A stretch of 33,753 nucleotides of DNA, taken from NCBI RefSeq assembly GCF_004010195.1, contig NC_057720.1:8322685-8356437 (forward strand), in the 5' to 3' direction. The translations under genes and the position numbers were made by a program. The notes below the pieces were generated by a model, which was given only the letters and a program-made list of their open reading frames with translations, was not told the origin of the DNA and did no database searches. Below, piece by piece: positions 11,015 through 22,511 of the stretch (position 1 is its first letter; every line of letters starts with the position of its first letter). Origin of the DNA: Chiloscyllium plagiosum. Its lineage: Eukaryota.

Positions 11015-11480
11015 GCAGGAGAGAAGTGGGAATGTTTGTCGATGATTGTATGATGATTAGTATCAATCACAACCCCTCAGTTCTGAAACAAAGTTAGAAA
11101 TCACACCAGGTTATAGTCCAACAGGTTTAAATGGAAGAATTAGCTTTCGGAGCGCTGCTCCTTCATCATGTGGTTGTCATCAGGAGCATCGCTCTGGAAG
11201 CTAGTGCTTCCAAATAAACTTGTTGGACTTTCACCTGGTGTTGTGTGATTTTTAATTTTGTCCACCCCAGTCCAACACCGGCACCTCCAAATCAGTTCTG
11301 AAACAGCAGTCCATGTCCAAATACGACAGATATTGGACAAATTCCTAGGGGCAAGTACCATTCTCTGTTACAAATGCCAGGCAAAGACTAACTCAAATGA
11401 TTTCAATCACTGCCCCTTGATAATCATTGCCACCATCAATATCCTGAGGGTTACCACTGACCAGAAACTGACCTGGACTA
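11015..11480 (+). mobile_element. CR1/L2-group LINE RT fragment (same family as 1045-2730)
   Basis: 'gaagtgggaatgtttgtcgatgattgt' encodes EVGMFVDDC, a degenerate RT F/YADD motif; 'ccagaaactgacc' is shared with about 1200. Confidence 0.6.
11091..11291. mobile_element. Head-to-head inverted Penelope family B terminal repeats with 14-bp TSD
   Basis: tcagttctgaaaca at 11077-11090 and 11292-11305; minus-strand hammerhead-like core 11141-11170 (aTGATGA-A-GGAGC-AGC-GCTCC-GAAA-GCTA). Confidence 0.85.
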
Positions 11481-11587
11481 TTGAATAATTATGGAGGTGA
11501 GAAGACAAGTCTTAAAGGTCATCTTGGCGCCGAACAAGGACTATGGAATTGTATTTCCTGCTTTTACTCTGTGTCCTTAACCTATGT

Positions 11588-11716
11588 AGGCGAAAGTGAG
11601 GACAGCAGATCTTGGAGATTAGAGTCAAGACTGTGGTGCTGGAAAAGCACAGCAGGTCAGGCAGCATCTGAGGAGCAGGAAAATCAGCATTTTGGGCAAA
11701 AGCCCTTCATCAGGAA
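11588..11716 (-). mobile_element. Penelope family A terminal repeat
   Basis: 'aggcgaaagtgaggac...gggcaaaagcccttcatcaggaa'. Confidence 0.8.
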
Positions 11717-12034
11717 AGAGCTGTCTCTGTATCTATGAGAGGAAATTTGAAAAGCGATTACAGTTTTGTCATATTATGACTCAATGGTTTATCACTGTCT
11801 AACTGGAAATAGAATCTAATTACTTGCAATAAATAGTAATTATTGTTAGGTCCAGAAATGTGGTCTATGCTTTCTACCAACTTGGGCCTGAGAATGTACT
11901 TAATACAATCTTTAACTTCTGTGATGGCTCTCTGAATGGTGGGGTTCAATTTCCAGCACACTATCCTATTGAGTTGGAACATCCTGCAAGATTCCAGCCC
12001 AAGGAACTATCATTGACTGTTGGAAAAACCCAAC

Positions 12035-12180
12035 AGGTGCACTAACGTCCTTCAGTGAATGAAATCTGCCATTTCTATCTACATGTGACTCCAGCCTCCA
12101 CAACAATATGTTTGACTTGGAACGGAAATGGCTGAGGCAGCCACTCGTAGGCAGTTAGGGAAGAGCAACAAATGCAACAC
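12035..12180 (+). mobile_element. Family X SINE 3' fragment
   Basis: 'cactaacgtccttcag...gaaatctgcc...ctacatgtgactccagc'. Confidence 0.55.
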
Positions 12181-13119
12181 CCACAGACCAGGAAGAATTA
12201 AATAACAGTGCCACAGATCATATGAGAACATGGAACACTGTGAAGAAAGTTTCCAATCATTGGCCATGTACTAATTTTCTCTGCAGTTGACTTTTACTGA
12301 TGAACTATTATTGAGGTTAATACTCCTTAAGGCCACAATGACAATTTGTATTTATATCATACTGTTAACAGAGAAGAAAAAAATCCCAAAGTACTTTTCA
12401 CATCTGTAACTAAAAACAGAATTAGATCTTTGGCGAAATCAGAGGACGTCATTTTGAGGTGAATGTCAAGAGAATCAAGGGTGTGACAAGTCTAAATGTT
12501 TTTCACATAACTAAGGGCTAACGTCTGCAATATGCTGCCTGAGAGTGTGGTAGAGGCAGAATCAAACATGGCTTTTGGACAATAATCTGGTAAAAAGGAA
12601 TTTGAAAGGCTACGATGAAAGGGATGGGCAGTGGGATTAGTTGAACTGTTCTTGCAGAAAACTGACATGGACAGAAAGGGCTGAACGGCCTCTTTCTATT
12701 CCAAATCTATTCAATCTCGGAAAAAAAACTGAAAAAACTGCAGAAGCAGTGTTTACCTGCCTTTCACTCAGTCTGGTCTACTGCATTTGCAAATCAAAAT
12801 GTCTCCTTTACATCGAGGAAATGAAGGCATAGTCTGGGTGACCGCTTTGCAGAACACCAACATTCTGTCTGCAAAGGAGACCCTGAGCTTCCAGTTGCCT
12901 GCCACTTTAACACACCACCCTCTTCCCTGGCCAACGTCTCTGTCTTGGGTTTACTGCACGGCTCCAGAGAAGCTCAGTGCAATCTGGAACAACAGCACCT
13001 CATTTCCCACTTGGAAACCCTGCAGCCTTCTGGACTCAATATCGAGTTCAAGAGCTTTAGGGTTTGAGCTCTAACATATCCTTACTCCAATCCCCACACA
13101 CTGGGCCTGGTTATCACAT

Positions 13120-13250
13120 GGTAAAAACAATAACTGCAGATGCTGGAAACCCAGTTTCTGGATTAGTGGTGCTGGAAGAGCACAGCAGTTCAGGCAGCAT
13201 CCGAGGAGCAGTAAAATCGATGTTTCGGGCAAAAGCCCTTCATCAGGAAT
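13120..13250 (-). mobile_element. Penelope family A terminal repeat with near-intact hammerhead (13216-13250)
   Basis: Reverse complement reads attc-CTGATGA-A-GGGC-TTTT-GCCC-GAAA-CAT-C-gat. Confidence 0.85.
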
Positions 13251-13426
13251 TATGGCTTGCTATTACACACAACCCATTGTTAATCACTAACAGTCCCCAA
13301 TAACAGCTACTAAGCCTCCTTGACAGATCATTATACACTCCTTTGTCTGTCCAACCATTCTCTCTTTTTGAGCTCTGTCCCCACTCGTTTACTCCTTACC
13401 CATTCCCCCACCCTAAATTCTGCATA

Positions 13427-13773
13427 CAGAAGAACCTCGATTATCCGACTTTCAATTATCTGAATATCAGATTATCCAAAGGAGATCTCGAGGTCCCGAT
13501 AGAAAGTTTACATCAAAGATGTGCTTCCAACACTGATCGCGTCTTTTGCTTACAGTGATTAAAAGTGGGAATGCTGCCGAGAACAGTCCTGGACATTGAT
13601 GGGAGCCCAGGCGCCGTCTCCAAATGACCTACCACTTGTTCCCTCTCTCTCCCCTCATTTTCCCTGGAGTTCTCAACAGGGGTGTATCCTAAACCCCCCT
13701 TCCCCAGATAATCTCACCAACATTTTCCTGTACAGGGCAAAGGTGGAACCTGCCAAAAGTTGCAGTAAAAAGT

Positions 13774-13810
<37 letters not shown>

Positions 13811-14229
13811 GTTTGGAGACTCACCCCCCCCAAAAGGCAGCAGCAGCAGTCTTGTTGTTGGTATGCTCTCCTTTGCACCGGAGAGGAGGTGGGGGTGGAC
13901 GGGGGAGACATGGGGTGGTGGAGGGTGGGCAGGGCTGCACGTGGGGCTGGTGGAGAGCAGAAGGGGGTGCGGTGTTGGACTGGGTTGGGGGTTGCGGGGG
14001 TGGGCCAAGCAGGGGTGAGGGAAGATGGGGGTGCAATGTTGGACAGGGTTTTGGGGCAGGCAGGGGCTTGCACGCAGCGTATGCTGATTCATTGTCTCCA
14101 GAATAGGGAACGGACTTAACAGAAAACTCTGAACCCCAGAGGAAAGGCATTGATTCAATTTACTGAATAATCGATTATCCAAACGAAATAGTGCCCGCTC
14201 ATCTCGTTTGGATAATCATGGTCTCTCTG
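13427..14229. mobile_element. Non-autonomous Tc1/mariner-superfamily (Tigger/pogo-like) DNA transposon, about 800 bp
   Basis: TA|cagaagaacctcgattatccga ... ttggataatcatggtctctctg|TA: imperfect 22-bp TIRs, TA TSDs at 13425-13426 and 14230-14231, no transposase ORF. Confidence 0.8.
13774..13810. repeat. Compound (TG)n(TA)n microsatellite
   Basis: Read directly. Confidence 0.95.
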
Positions 14230-14361
14230 TATATCAACATTTCCCTAGCTACCATCAGTTCAGAGGAAGGTTCACATGACCTGAAACATTAAATCTGATT
14301 TCTCTCCACAGATGCTGCTAGACCTGCTGAGCTTTTCCAGCAATTTCTGTTTTTGTGTCTA

Positions 14362-14690
14362 ATTAGATTAGGTGGATTAGATTACTTACAGTGTGGAACC
14401 AGGCCCTTCGGCCCAACAAGTCCACACCGACCCGCCGAAGCGCAACCCACCCAGACCTGTTCCTCTACATTTACCCCTTCACCTAATACTATGGACAATT
14501 TAGCATGGCCAATTCACCTAACCTGCACATTTTTGGACTGTGGGAGGAAACCGGAGCACCCGGAGGAAACCCACGTAGACACGGGGAGAATGTGCAAACT
14601 CCACACAGTCAGTCGCCTGAGGCAGGAATTGAACCCAGGTCTCTGGCGCTGTGAGGCAGCAGTGCTAACCACTGTGCCACCGTGCCACCC
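14362..14690 (-). mobile_element. HE1-like V-SINE, full length and young
   Basis: CpGs retained; head 'gggtggcacggtggcacagtggttagc' on the minus strand; (TAATC)-like tail. Confidence 0.92.
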
Positions 14691-15677
14691 CCAACCATGC
14701 CGCCACCATTGATAATCTATCTGGGATTGCAGAACAGTGACCAAATACGGATGATCAAGGCAATGAATTGCAAAAAAATCCAAAGGGTTGACTCATAGAC
14801 TTTGAAGGGAGGGAATGTGCCATCAGAACCCAGCTCTGCACTGGTCCCATAGCAAAATGATGTCCAAGCAAGTCACTCTGTTCTTTGAAACGTTACTGTA
14901 GCCTTTCTGCCAGGTATCCACCACCAGTTACTGGGCAAGGGCCATAAATTGCAAACAGAAGGGTCCTCTTCTGAGACTAAACAAATATTAAGAGAAAGTC
15001 TTGAGTTTTTCAGGTCATAGAGTGCTTTCCACGTGTGCGAGTCTGCAGAGTGTCTGTGTGTCTGTCAGCAGAGAAGCCAATTCATGAACATCTGCACAGC
15101 TGAATCCAACCCTGTGCCCAGCTGTCAACCATTACCTACACATGGTCATCCTGGTAGTGATCAGGAACAGGAAGCCTGGCTGATTGACCATCTCAGGGGC
15201 ACTGAGGTCCGCTGCTACCTTCCTCTTCCTGCTGTGACAGGATTTACGACCGCAACACTGATTGGGAATTAAATCCCAAAACAACAAGAAGCATGAGGAG
15301 CTTCCTGGCTGCAGTTTCTCCAAGATGTTTAGTCAGTTACAAACAACAGCAATGTCACCTGAGAGCTAAATAACGTCACTTCAATGGAATTTCCAATGAC
15401 ATTTTTGCAGACAGGAAAGTCAAATGCTAAATAGAGAAAAAAATAATCAGGAGGTGGATTGGAAAGGAAAGTTTATACAAGAGGATAATGAATATATGCT
15501 TCTTTTCACGTTTATGAGTTCCTAGATTCCAAACATAGTACACCATGTACACACTCAATGTAAACACCCAGTTAATTTGTGTATGCCTCAAGCCGTTGAT
15601 ATCAACTGGATGGTTTGTATGGCATGCATTCGTAGATAATTGTAGTGCAGCTCTGAAATATGATTAACGTCCAAGCT

Positions 15678-16038
15678 ACCGAGATATACAGTCATACTAC
15701 ATGGAAACCAGTCCATGCTGATCATTATCCCAAACTAAACCAGTCCCACCTGCCTGTGCTTCACCTATATCCCTCCCCAGTATTTCCTATTCATGTACCA
15801 CCTAATTGTCTTTTAAATGTTGTAACTGTACCTGCACCCATCATTTACTCTGGAAGTTCATTCCACACACAAACTAATCTCTCTGTTTTAAAAAATGGCC
15901 CTTTTTAAAAATCTTTTTTGAATCTTTCCCACCTTAAAAATATGCCCCCTAGTCTTAAAATCCCCCACCCTCGGAAAAAGACACCTGCCATTCACCTTCC
16001 CCATACCCCTCATGATTTTATAAACCTCTTCAAGGTCA
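15678..16038 (-). mobile_element. CR1/HER1-type LINE 3' fragment
   Basis: ORF 15888-16076 reads DLEEVYKIMRGMGKVN...LFPRVGDFKTRGH.FKV. Confidence 0.85.
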
Positions 16039-16227
16039 AAACGTACATGATGTATATAAATCTGAATGTTCTGCACCTTCGCTATCCGCTATGTGTTTTT
16101 GGTGTCACTTGGGACGGTTAAGTCATGAATGTGGCACATTTCCCAAAGACAGGACTTCTGAGAGTTGGCACACACATTGGCTCAGAGTCATTGGAAGCTG
16201 ACCATTTACCTCAGGATGTTCCTTGGA

Positions 16228-16846
16228 GTGATTGATTTGATTTGATTTGATTTATTATTGTTACATGTACCGAGATCCAGTGAAGAGTATTGCGTGCTAA
16301 CCAGACAAATTATACCCTTCATGGGACCCATCAGGGTATCAGAACAGAATGCAGAAAATAGTGTAACAGATGCAGAGAAGGTGCAAAGAAAGATCAACTC
16401 TAAGATACCAGAGGTCCATTCTTAATGTGATAACAGCAGGGAAGAAGCTGTTCCTGAATCTGTTGGTTCGTGTTTTCAAACTTTCGTATCTTCTGCCCAA
16501 TAGAAGAGGATGGAAAAGAGTATAACCGGGGTGGGAGTGGTCTTTGATGATGTTGACTGTTTTCCTGAGACAGTGGGAAGTGTAGGTGGAGTTAATGGAA
16601 GGAAGGCGGTTTTCCATAATGGACTGGGCTACGTTCACAACTCTCTGTAATCTCTAAGCAGTTGCCAGACCAAGCTGTGATGTATCCGGATAGGATGATT
16701 TCTATGATGCTTCGATAAACATTGGTAAGAGTCATTGTGGACATGCTGAATTTCCTTAGCCTCCTGAGCAAGTTGTGGCAATGGTGTGCTTTTCTGACTG
16801 TAGCATTGATGTGGATGGACCAGGACAGATTGTTGGTAATATTCAA
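16228..16846 (-). mobile_element. Rex1/Babar-type LINE 3' end
   Basis: NITNNLSWS.HI...LLRRLRKF.MS..TLTN.YRS.IE.ILSG.ITAW.GNC and IIKD.SHPG..LF..L..GRRY.SLKTRTNRFRNSFFP; (AAATC)n tail. Confidence 0.85.
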
Positions 16847-16889
16847 GCTGTAATATTGAAGGTGTAGCCCACCTCCACCTCAGCATCAT

Positions 16890-17330
16890 CAATACAGGCA
16901 GATTAATGCAGAATTCTCCACTTCTAGGCCACTTGATGCAAGACATGAAGGCCCTAGAGATTGAGTCACCAGCTAAGTTCAGGAGAAAACAATGACACAT
17001 CCAGTGGTCTGGCATGCACCATTTCAATAACCAGTGATAACCACGGTTTGACAACAGGCACCCATGCTAGAAACAACAAAGGCTACATGGTGGCATCATG
17101 AGCGGTACTGGTCGAAAAACCGGCCTGTCAAGGATTGACCTCTTCAGCTGTTAGCATAGGTGAGACCCACTTCTCCCAGCCCCCAAGTGGGATTTATTTA
17201 TCCACATGTCCACCACCTTTCCGGGATGGAAAGATGCTGGACCAAGCTGAGGATATTCACTGCTCAGGATACACTAACAGCAAAACGTCCCCAAATCCTC
17301 AGGCTTGGAGACAGATTAAGGCATGGAAGT
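16890..17330 (+). mobile_element. Possible RTE-clade LINE 3' remnant
   Basis: 'tgatgcaagacatgaaggccctagagattga' resembles the RTE C-terminal RDMKAL.I motif; heavily decayed. Confidence 0.3.
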
Positions 17331-17471
17331 GCAACGGAAATGAGCTGACCAGCTGGAGTTCGAGATCTAGAGAGCAGAGCTTACTTTGTTACATACGGGA
17401 GATTAGTGACCTCTGCACCCTTGCCAAAAAATTCACAATAGCTGCTCCTGTGACATTTAGAAAGGGCTTGA

Positions 17472-17782
17472 GATTTTGGAGAAGATTTGCAGCTCAGGTT
17501 ATGGATTAGGCTGTCGGTTTGCTCACTGAGCTGGTTGGTCTGGTCTCAGAAATTTTGTCACCATGCAAGGTGACATTGTCAGTGAGCCTCCACTGGTGTT
17601 CTGTCCCACTTGCTACTTACAGTTCTCAGTTTGTTGTGGTGAATGATATCATTTCTGGTTCTGTTTCTGAGAGGTTGGTAAATGGGGTCCAAATCTATTT
17701 GTTTGTTAATGGAGTTCGAGTTTGAATGCGAGTTCTCTGGAAAAGAAAGACACATATGGGAATTCCTAGAGACCTGCACTGC
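17472..17782 (-). mobile_element. Penelope-like element 3' end (family E) with a short 5' inversion
   Basis: HSNSNSINKQIDLDPIYQPLR (GIY-YIG C-terminal region); decayed hammerhead ctgacaa-t-GTCACC-ttgcat-GGTGAC-aaaa; opposite-strand piece 'gggaattcctaga' (EFLE) at about 17745-17780. Confidence 0.7.
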
Positions 17783-17809
17783 CTGCAACAGTAGTGGACT
17801 TGTCAACGT

Positions 17810-18232
17810 TAAGGGCATTTAAATGGTCATTGGATAGTCATATGGACAAAAATGGTTTTACAGTTTGGCGCAACATCGAGGGCCAAAGGGCCTGTACTGC
17901 ACTGTAATGTTCTGTGTTCTATCAGTTAAGGGGTCAGTAGCAAGGAAACATTGATTAAAACAAGGGGCAGGAAATTTAGAAAGGATTTAAGGACGAATTT
18001 CTTTCACCTTGCAAGAAGTAGTCATCTGGAGCTCACTGTCTGAAAGGGTGATGGCGGATAGAATGGGTACAAAGCATTTACAAAGTACTTGGATGAGCTC
18101 TTGTAATGCCATAATATCAAAGGCTACTGGGCAAATACTGGAAAATGGGACAGTAGTAGACAAGCTGTTGTTGATCAGTGCTGTCATGATGGGCCAAAGG
18201 CCTCTTTCTATGCTGTAACACCCTACGATTCT
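17810..18232 (+). mobile_element. Two CR1 3'-end fragments (about 17810-17922 and 17935-18232)
   Basis: Tails 'gagggccaaagggcctgtactgcactgtaatgttct' and 'gggccaaaggcctctttctatgctgtaa'. Confidence 0.7.
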
Positions 18233-18954
18233 AAGACAATGGCAGCTAATTACAGGTTGCTCTGGTGTAATGCAAATTGGCTCTAAGGCAATTGATGAAT
18301 TGTGGACACTGCTTGGATAATACAAACTTTCCATTGAATGGATACAGCAATTTTCTGTAGCGATCTTCTGCAGCATAATTTTCTATAGTGCGAGGTTTCA
18401 AAGGAACACAACTGTTGTGTTACAGCAGAATGCCCTGTAGATGTTTTTAAAGTGTAGGCTTTGTTGTAATGTAGTGAAGCATGGTTGGGATTGGGTTGGA
18501 CGGTGTGCTTTTTCAGATGGAAAGGTGGGATGGGCTGGGATTTTACCCACTGACATTTGGAAGAATCAAAGATGATCATATTGATTCATAAAAGAACCTG
18601 AGGGATGTTTCCTCTTGTGTCAGAAATACAGATTAGGACAAAGACAAGGAGAATATTTTTCTCTTAGAGAAATAGTGGAATTTTCTTGTCCCAACAGTCA
18701 CGGAAGGCTGTGTCATTGACTTTACTCAAGGCGGAATTTGATAGATTCGATAGGACATCACTGGTTGCTCAAGGGAAGAGAGGAAACTAGACCCCAAGTA
18801 GATCAGCCATAACATAGCAGACTTGAAGAGCCAAATGGTCTATACCAGCACCTAAGGATTATGCTTCTATGTTTTTCTGGCAGCTAATTTGTTGTAAAGC
18901 ACTTTGTGATTTTCCTGAGGCTGTAAAGATGCAGGTCTTTCTATTTTTTCAATA

Positions 18955-20353
18955 TGTCATAGAGTCATAAATATGTACAGCACAGAAACAGAGCCTTCAG
19001 TCCAACTTATCCATGCCAACCAGATATCCTAAATTAGTCTAGTTAAAAATCACACAGGTTATAGTCCAGGAGACATTGAGGTCTGCAGATGCTGGAGAGC
19101 AGAGTTGAGAGTGTGTTGCCAGAAAAGCACAGCAGGTCAGGCAGCATCCGAGGAGCAGGAAAAATCGACATTTCAGGCCAGTGATGAAGGGGTCCAGCTT
19201 GAAACGTCAATTTTCCAACCGGTTTATTTGGAAGCATTAGCTTCCGGACCGCTGTTCCTTCAACATCAATCTAGTCCCATTCGCCAGCATTTGACTCATA
19301 TCACTCTAAACCCTTCCTATTCCCATCACCTTCCTTTTAAATATTGTAATTGTACCAACCTCCATCACTTCACCTGGCAGTTCAATCCATACATTCACAA
19401 CTCTCTGCATGAGAAAGTTGCCCATTATGTCCCTGTTAAATCTTTCCCCTCGCACCTTAAACCTATGCCCTCTAGTTTTGGACTCCCCTCCCTTGGGTAA
19501 TAGACCTTGGTTATTTACCCTATCCATGGCTCTTGTGATTTTATAATTCATACCTTATATAAGGTCACCCTTCAACTTCCGACACTCCAGGGAAAATAGA
19601 CCCAGCCTAATCAGCCTCTCCCTATAGCTCAAATTCTCAAACCCTGGCAACATTCTTGTAAATCGTTTTTGAACCCTTTCAAGTTTCACAACAGCCTTCC
19701 CATAGGAGGAAGACTAGAACTGCACACAATATTCCAAAGTGTCCTTACCAACACCCTGGATAGTTATTACATGACCTCCCAACTCCTATACTCAAAGCTC
19801 CGACCAATATAGACAAGCGTACCAAATGCTTTCTTCACTATTCTGTCTACAACCAACTCGACTTTCAAGGAACTATAAACCTGTACTCCAAGGTTTCTTT
19901 GTTCAGCAACCCTCCCTATGACTTTACTATTAAGTGTATGAGCCCCGTCCTGGTTTGCCTTACCAAAATGTAGCATCTCCCGTTTATCTAAACTAAACTC
20001 CACCTGCCACACCTCGGCCATTGTCCCATCTGATCAACATCTCATTGTACTCTGAGGTAACCTTCACTGTCCACTACACCTTCAATTTTGATGTCATCTG
20101 CAAATTTACTAACTATACCTCCTATGTTTGCATCCAAATTATTTATATAAGTGACAAAAAGCAGTGGACCCAGCACCGATCGCTAATGCACACTGCTGGA
20201 CACAGGCCTCCAGTCTGAAAAGCAACACTCTTCCACCACCCTCTGTTTCCTACCTTCTAGCTAATTTTGTATCCAAATGGCTAGTTCTTTATTCCATGTG
20301 ATCTAATCAAGTTAACCAGTTTACCATGCAGTACCTTGTTGAATGCCTTACTG
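18955..20353 (-). mobile_element. CR1/HER1-type LINE (RT to 3' end), interrupted at 19044-19269
   Basis: W.VEFSLDK.EMLHFGK.N...LGV.V..SLKV...VDR.VKKAFG; KTRGHRFKVRGERF; KFADD motif near 20090-20105. Confidence 0.9.
19044..19269. mobile_element. Family B Penelope terminal repeat interrupted by an inverted family A-like repeat (about 19069-19217)
   Basis: tctagt duplicated at 19038-19043 and 19270-19275; 'ttatagtcca' resumes as 'ccaaccggtttatttggaagc'. Confidence 0.7.
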
Positions 20354-22187
20354 AATAGAATAGAATAGAAATGCATTGTCATGTGTACGTTTACATGAAA
20401 AATACAGTGAAAGCTTTATAAGTTACCCACCACAGCACCTCTATTAATGACAGAAGTCATATATAATATTAAAAAAAAGCAAAATTAAGACAAAATTCAT
20501 TATTGTTTATTAACAGTGCCATTTTCTGTAAGCAGCTTTTAAAAGTAAAGTTATTAACTTTAAATGAACGTTCTATGCCAGTTTGTCCATAAATAATAGA
20601 TTTTAGATTAAAATACAAATTATATATGTAATCAATAGTGGTAAATATCTCCATTTGCTCTCTGCAGTGAAATGTGTTTACAACAAAACTGATATTAATG
20701 TTTAAATGGGCATCTGTACTACTGCACACAGACATCACGCTAAATTAAACCAGCCCAACCTTGTAAACCTTAATGCCAATACAAATGTGCCAGTATCTTC
20801 TTGGTATCTTCGCCGTATTGAAAGTCATTGTAATCATTTGTGTTTCTGTCTTGCAATAAACTTGCTCATTGGTGCAGCCAAAGCCTCATTGTGTAACTCA
20901 CAAGATGTAATCATGAGATAGCCCCCACCACCTGACTCCACTTGCCAAACTGCGGAGAACCCCTGGAGCTATCACACTGATCCTGACAATGATTGCTCTT
21001 GTTCAAGGTTCAAGGTGGCACGAGTTGCCATGGAAACTTTGATGTCCTGGTTGGTTATGTGTAGGTGGTAGGTGAGGAGGTGGAAACAGTTGGTTTCAGG
21101 TGGAGATTCGATAACTCATCCCACCAACAGAAGCCAAAAGAAACACAAAAAAAAACCCATAAGAGGCATGCTGGGCTCGGGAAGAGAAAGAAGGTACAGA
21201 ATGCTTAGTAAAAAAGGCCTCTGGAAAAGATAGGCAATTACATAGACTTTACATCATGGAAACTGCTATTTATCTTTCACAAACACTCCCCAACCTGTCT
21301 GATTATCTTCAGTGTCCTGTACACTCGAGTGTGCATCCCACTCCTCTCAAATCCATTAATGTCATCAAAGTGAAAACACAACATTACCTCAGCTTAAACT
21401 GTGGGATTGTTTTTTTTTCTGGAACTTTCTCCAAATGTCCCATAATCCCTTTGGCAGAAAGTCCTTTGAAGCCCCCACTGAAATGGTTGTACATTGAAAT
21501 CTGATTTCTTCAGAACATTCCAACAGGTGGGGTGGGTGGGGTAATTCTAGGTTGCCACCTCCAATAATCATGTGACACTCAGACCACCTCATGAACATTC
21601 TATGAACATTTGATGGTCGATGACATTGGCCACACAACATTTGATCCAATGGTATCTATGGGCATTATAGGGCACTTGGGTGAAGGTGTACTTATTTCTG
21701 GACTAGGAGGCCCAAGTTCAAGTCCCAACCTTAGAGGTGTGTAGTAATATTTCTGATTAGGGTGGGTTAGAAAATCTCCATCTATAAACATTATTGTATC
21801 TGGGCCCTGAGCAATGAACTAAGTTTGCTCATGGTTTCACACTGATGTCTGAGAATCTCCAAGGTGGTATGTTAACAGAAAGAAGTGGAGAATTGAAGGG
21901 CTGCTGAATCAGGAAACAAAGAATCAGGTCAGTTGTGTCAAACCTAGTCCCACAAGGGGGAACTAAAGGTGGGCAATATCTTTCCAAATGCACTTAAGAA
22001 CTATGAGGCTTGAATCCACTATCATCTAACCCACTGATGAATGTGCCACAGGGTCAAGCTGAAGAGAATTGTTGCAAACAGACTTAAGTTATAACTTGAT
22101 GGTGCATATTAAAGGTGATATTCCCCTGGTTTCCCTTTTTTATTTCACTTTAGAGAGCGAATTTTGGCATTGCAAAACACCGATTAC

Positions 22188-22443
22188 ACTTCCTTCCAGA
22201 ATGAGGTTTAACAATGCCTTTTGTTCTTTGCATCTGAGGAAAATCTCAGCAAGGATGGAATCCTGAAGCACAATTTGGGTAGACAGGCGTGTAGGTGAAG
22301 GACTAAAGGTGACAAACTTCCTTCCAGAATGAGGTTTAACAATGCCTTTTGTTCTTTACATCTGAGGAAAATCTCAGCAAGGATGGAATCCTGAAGCACA
22401 ATCTGGGTAGACAGGCGTGTAGGTGAAGGACTAAAGGTGACAA
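22188..22443. repeat. Tandem duplication, 2 x 128 bp, 2 mismatches
   Basis: Units 22188-22315 and 22316-22443 compared by eye. Confidence 0.95.
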
Positions 22444-22511
22444 AAAAGGGTTGGTTATCTCAGCTGGCTGTGTTACAGAGTAACACCACCAGCACAGAAT
22501 CATTCCTGCAC

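Larger units (their letters stand above)
12740..14358 (+). mobile_element. Penelope-like element (family C): degenerate GIY-YIG and 3' terminal repeat, interrupted by two insertions
   Basis: FTCLSLSLVYCICKSKCLLYIEE, then in other frames DRFAEH...PVACHFN...EQQHLIF; terminus 14255-14355 with a hammerhead-like 'cagaggaagg..gacctgaaacattaa'. Confidence 0.8.

Noticed and set aside
13596..14182. Six overlapping ORFs of 109-169 aa
   Set aside because: Produced by low-complexity G/C-skewed and microsatellite sequence inside a non-autonomous transposon; no domain signature
14640..14690. tRNA gene
   Set aside because: It is the tRNA-derived head of HE1; no complete cloverleaf or terminator, and it continues into the SINE body
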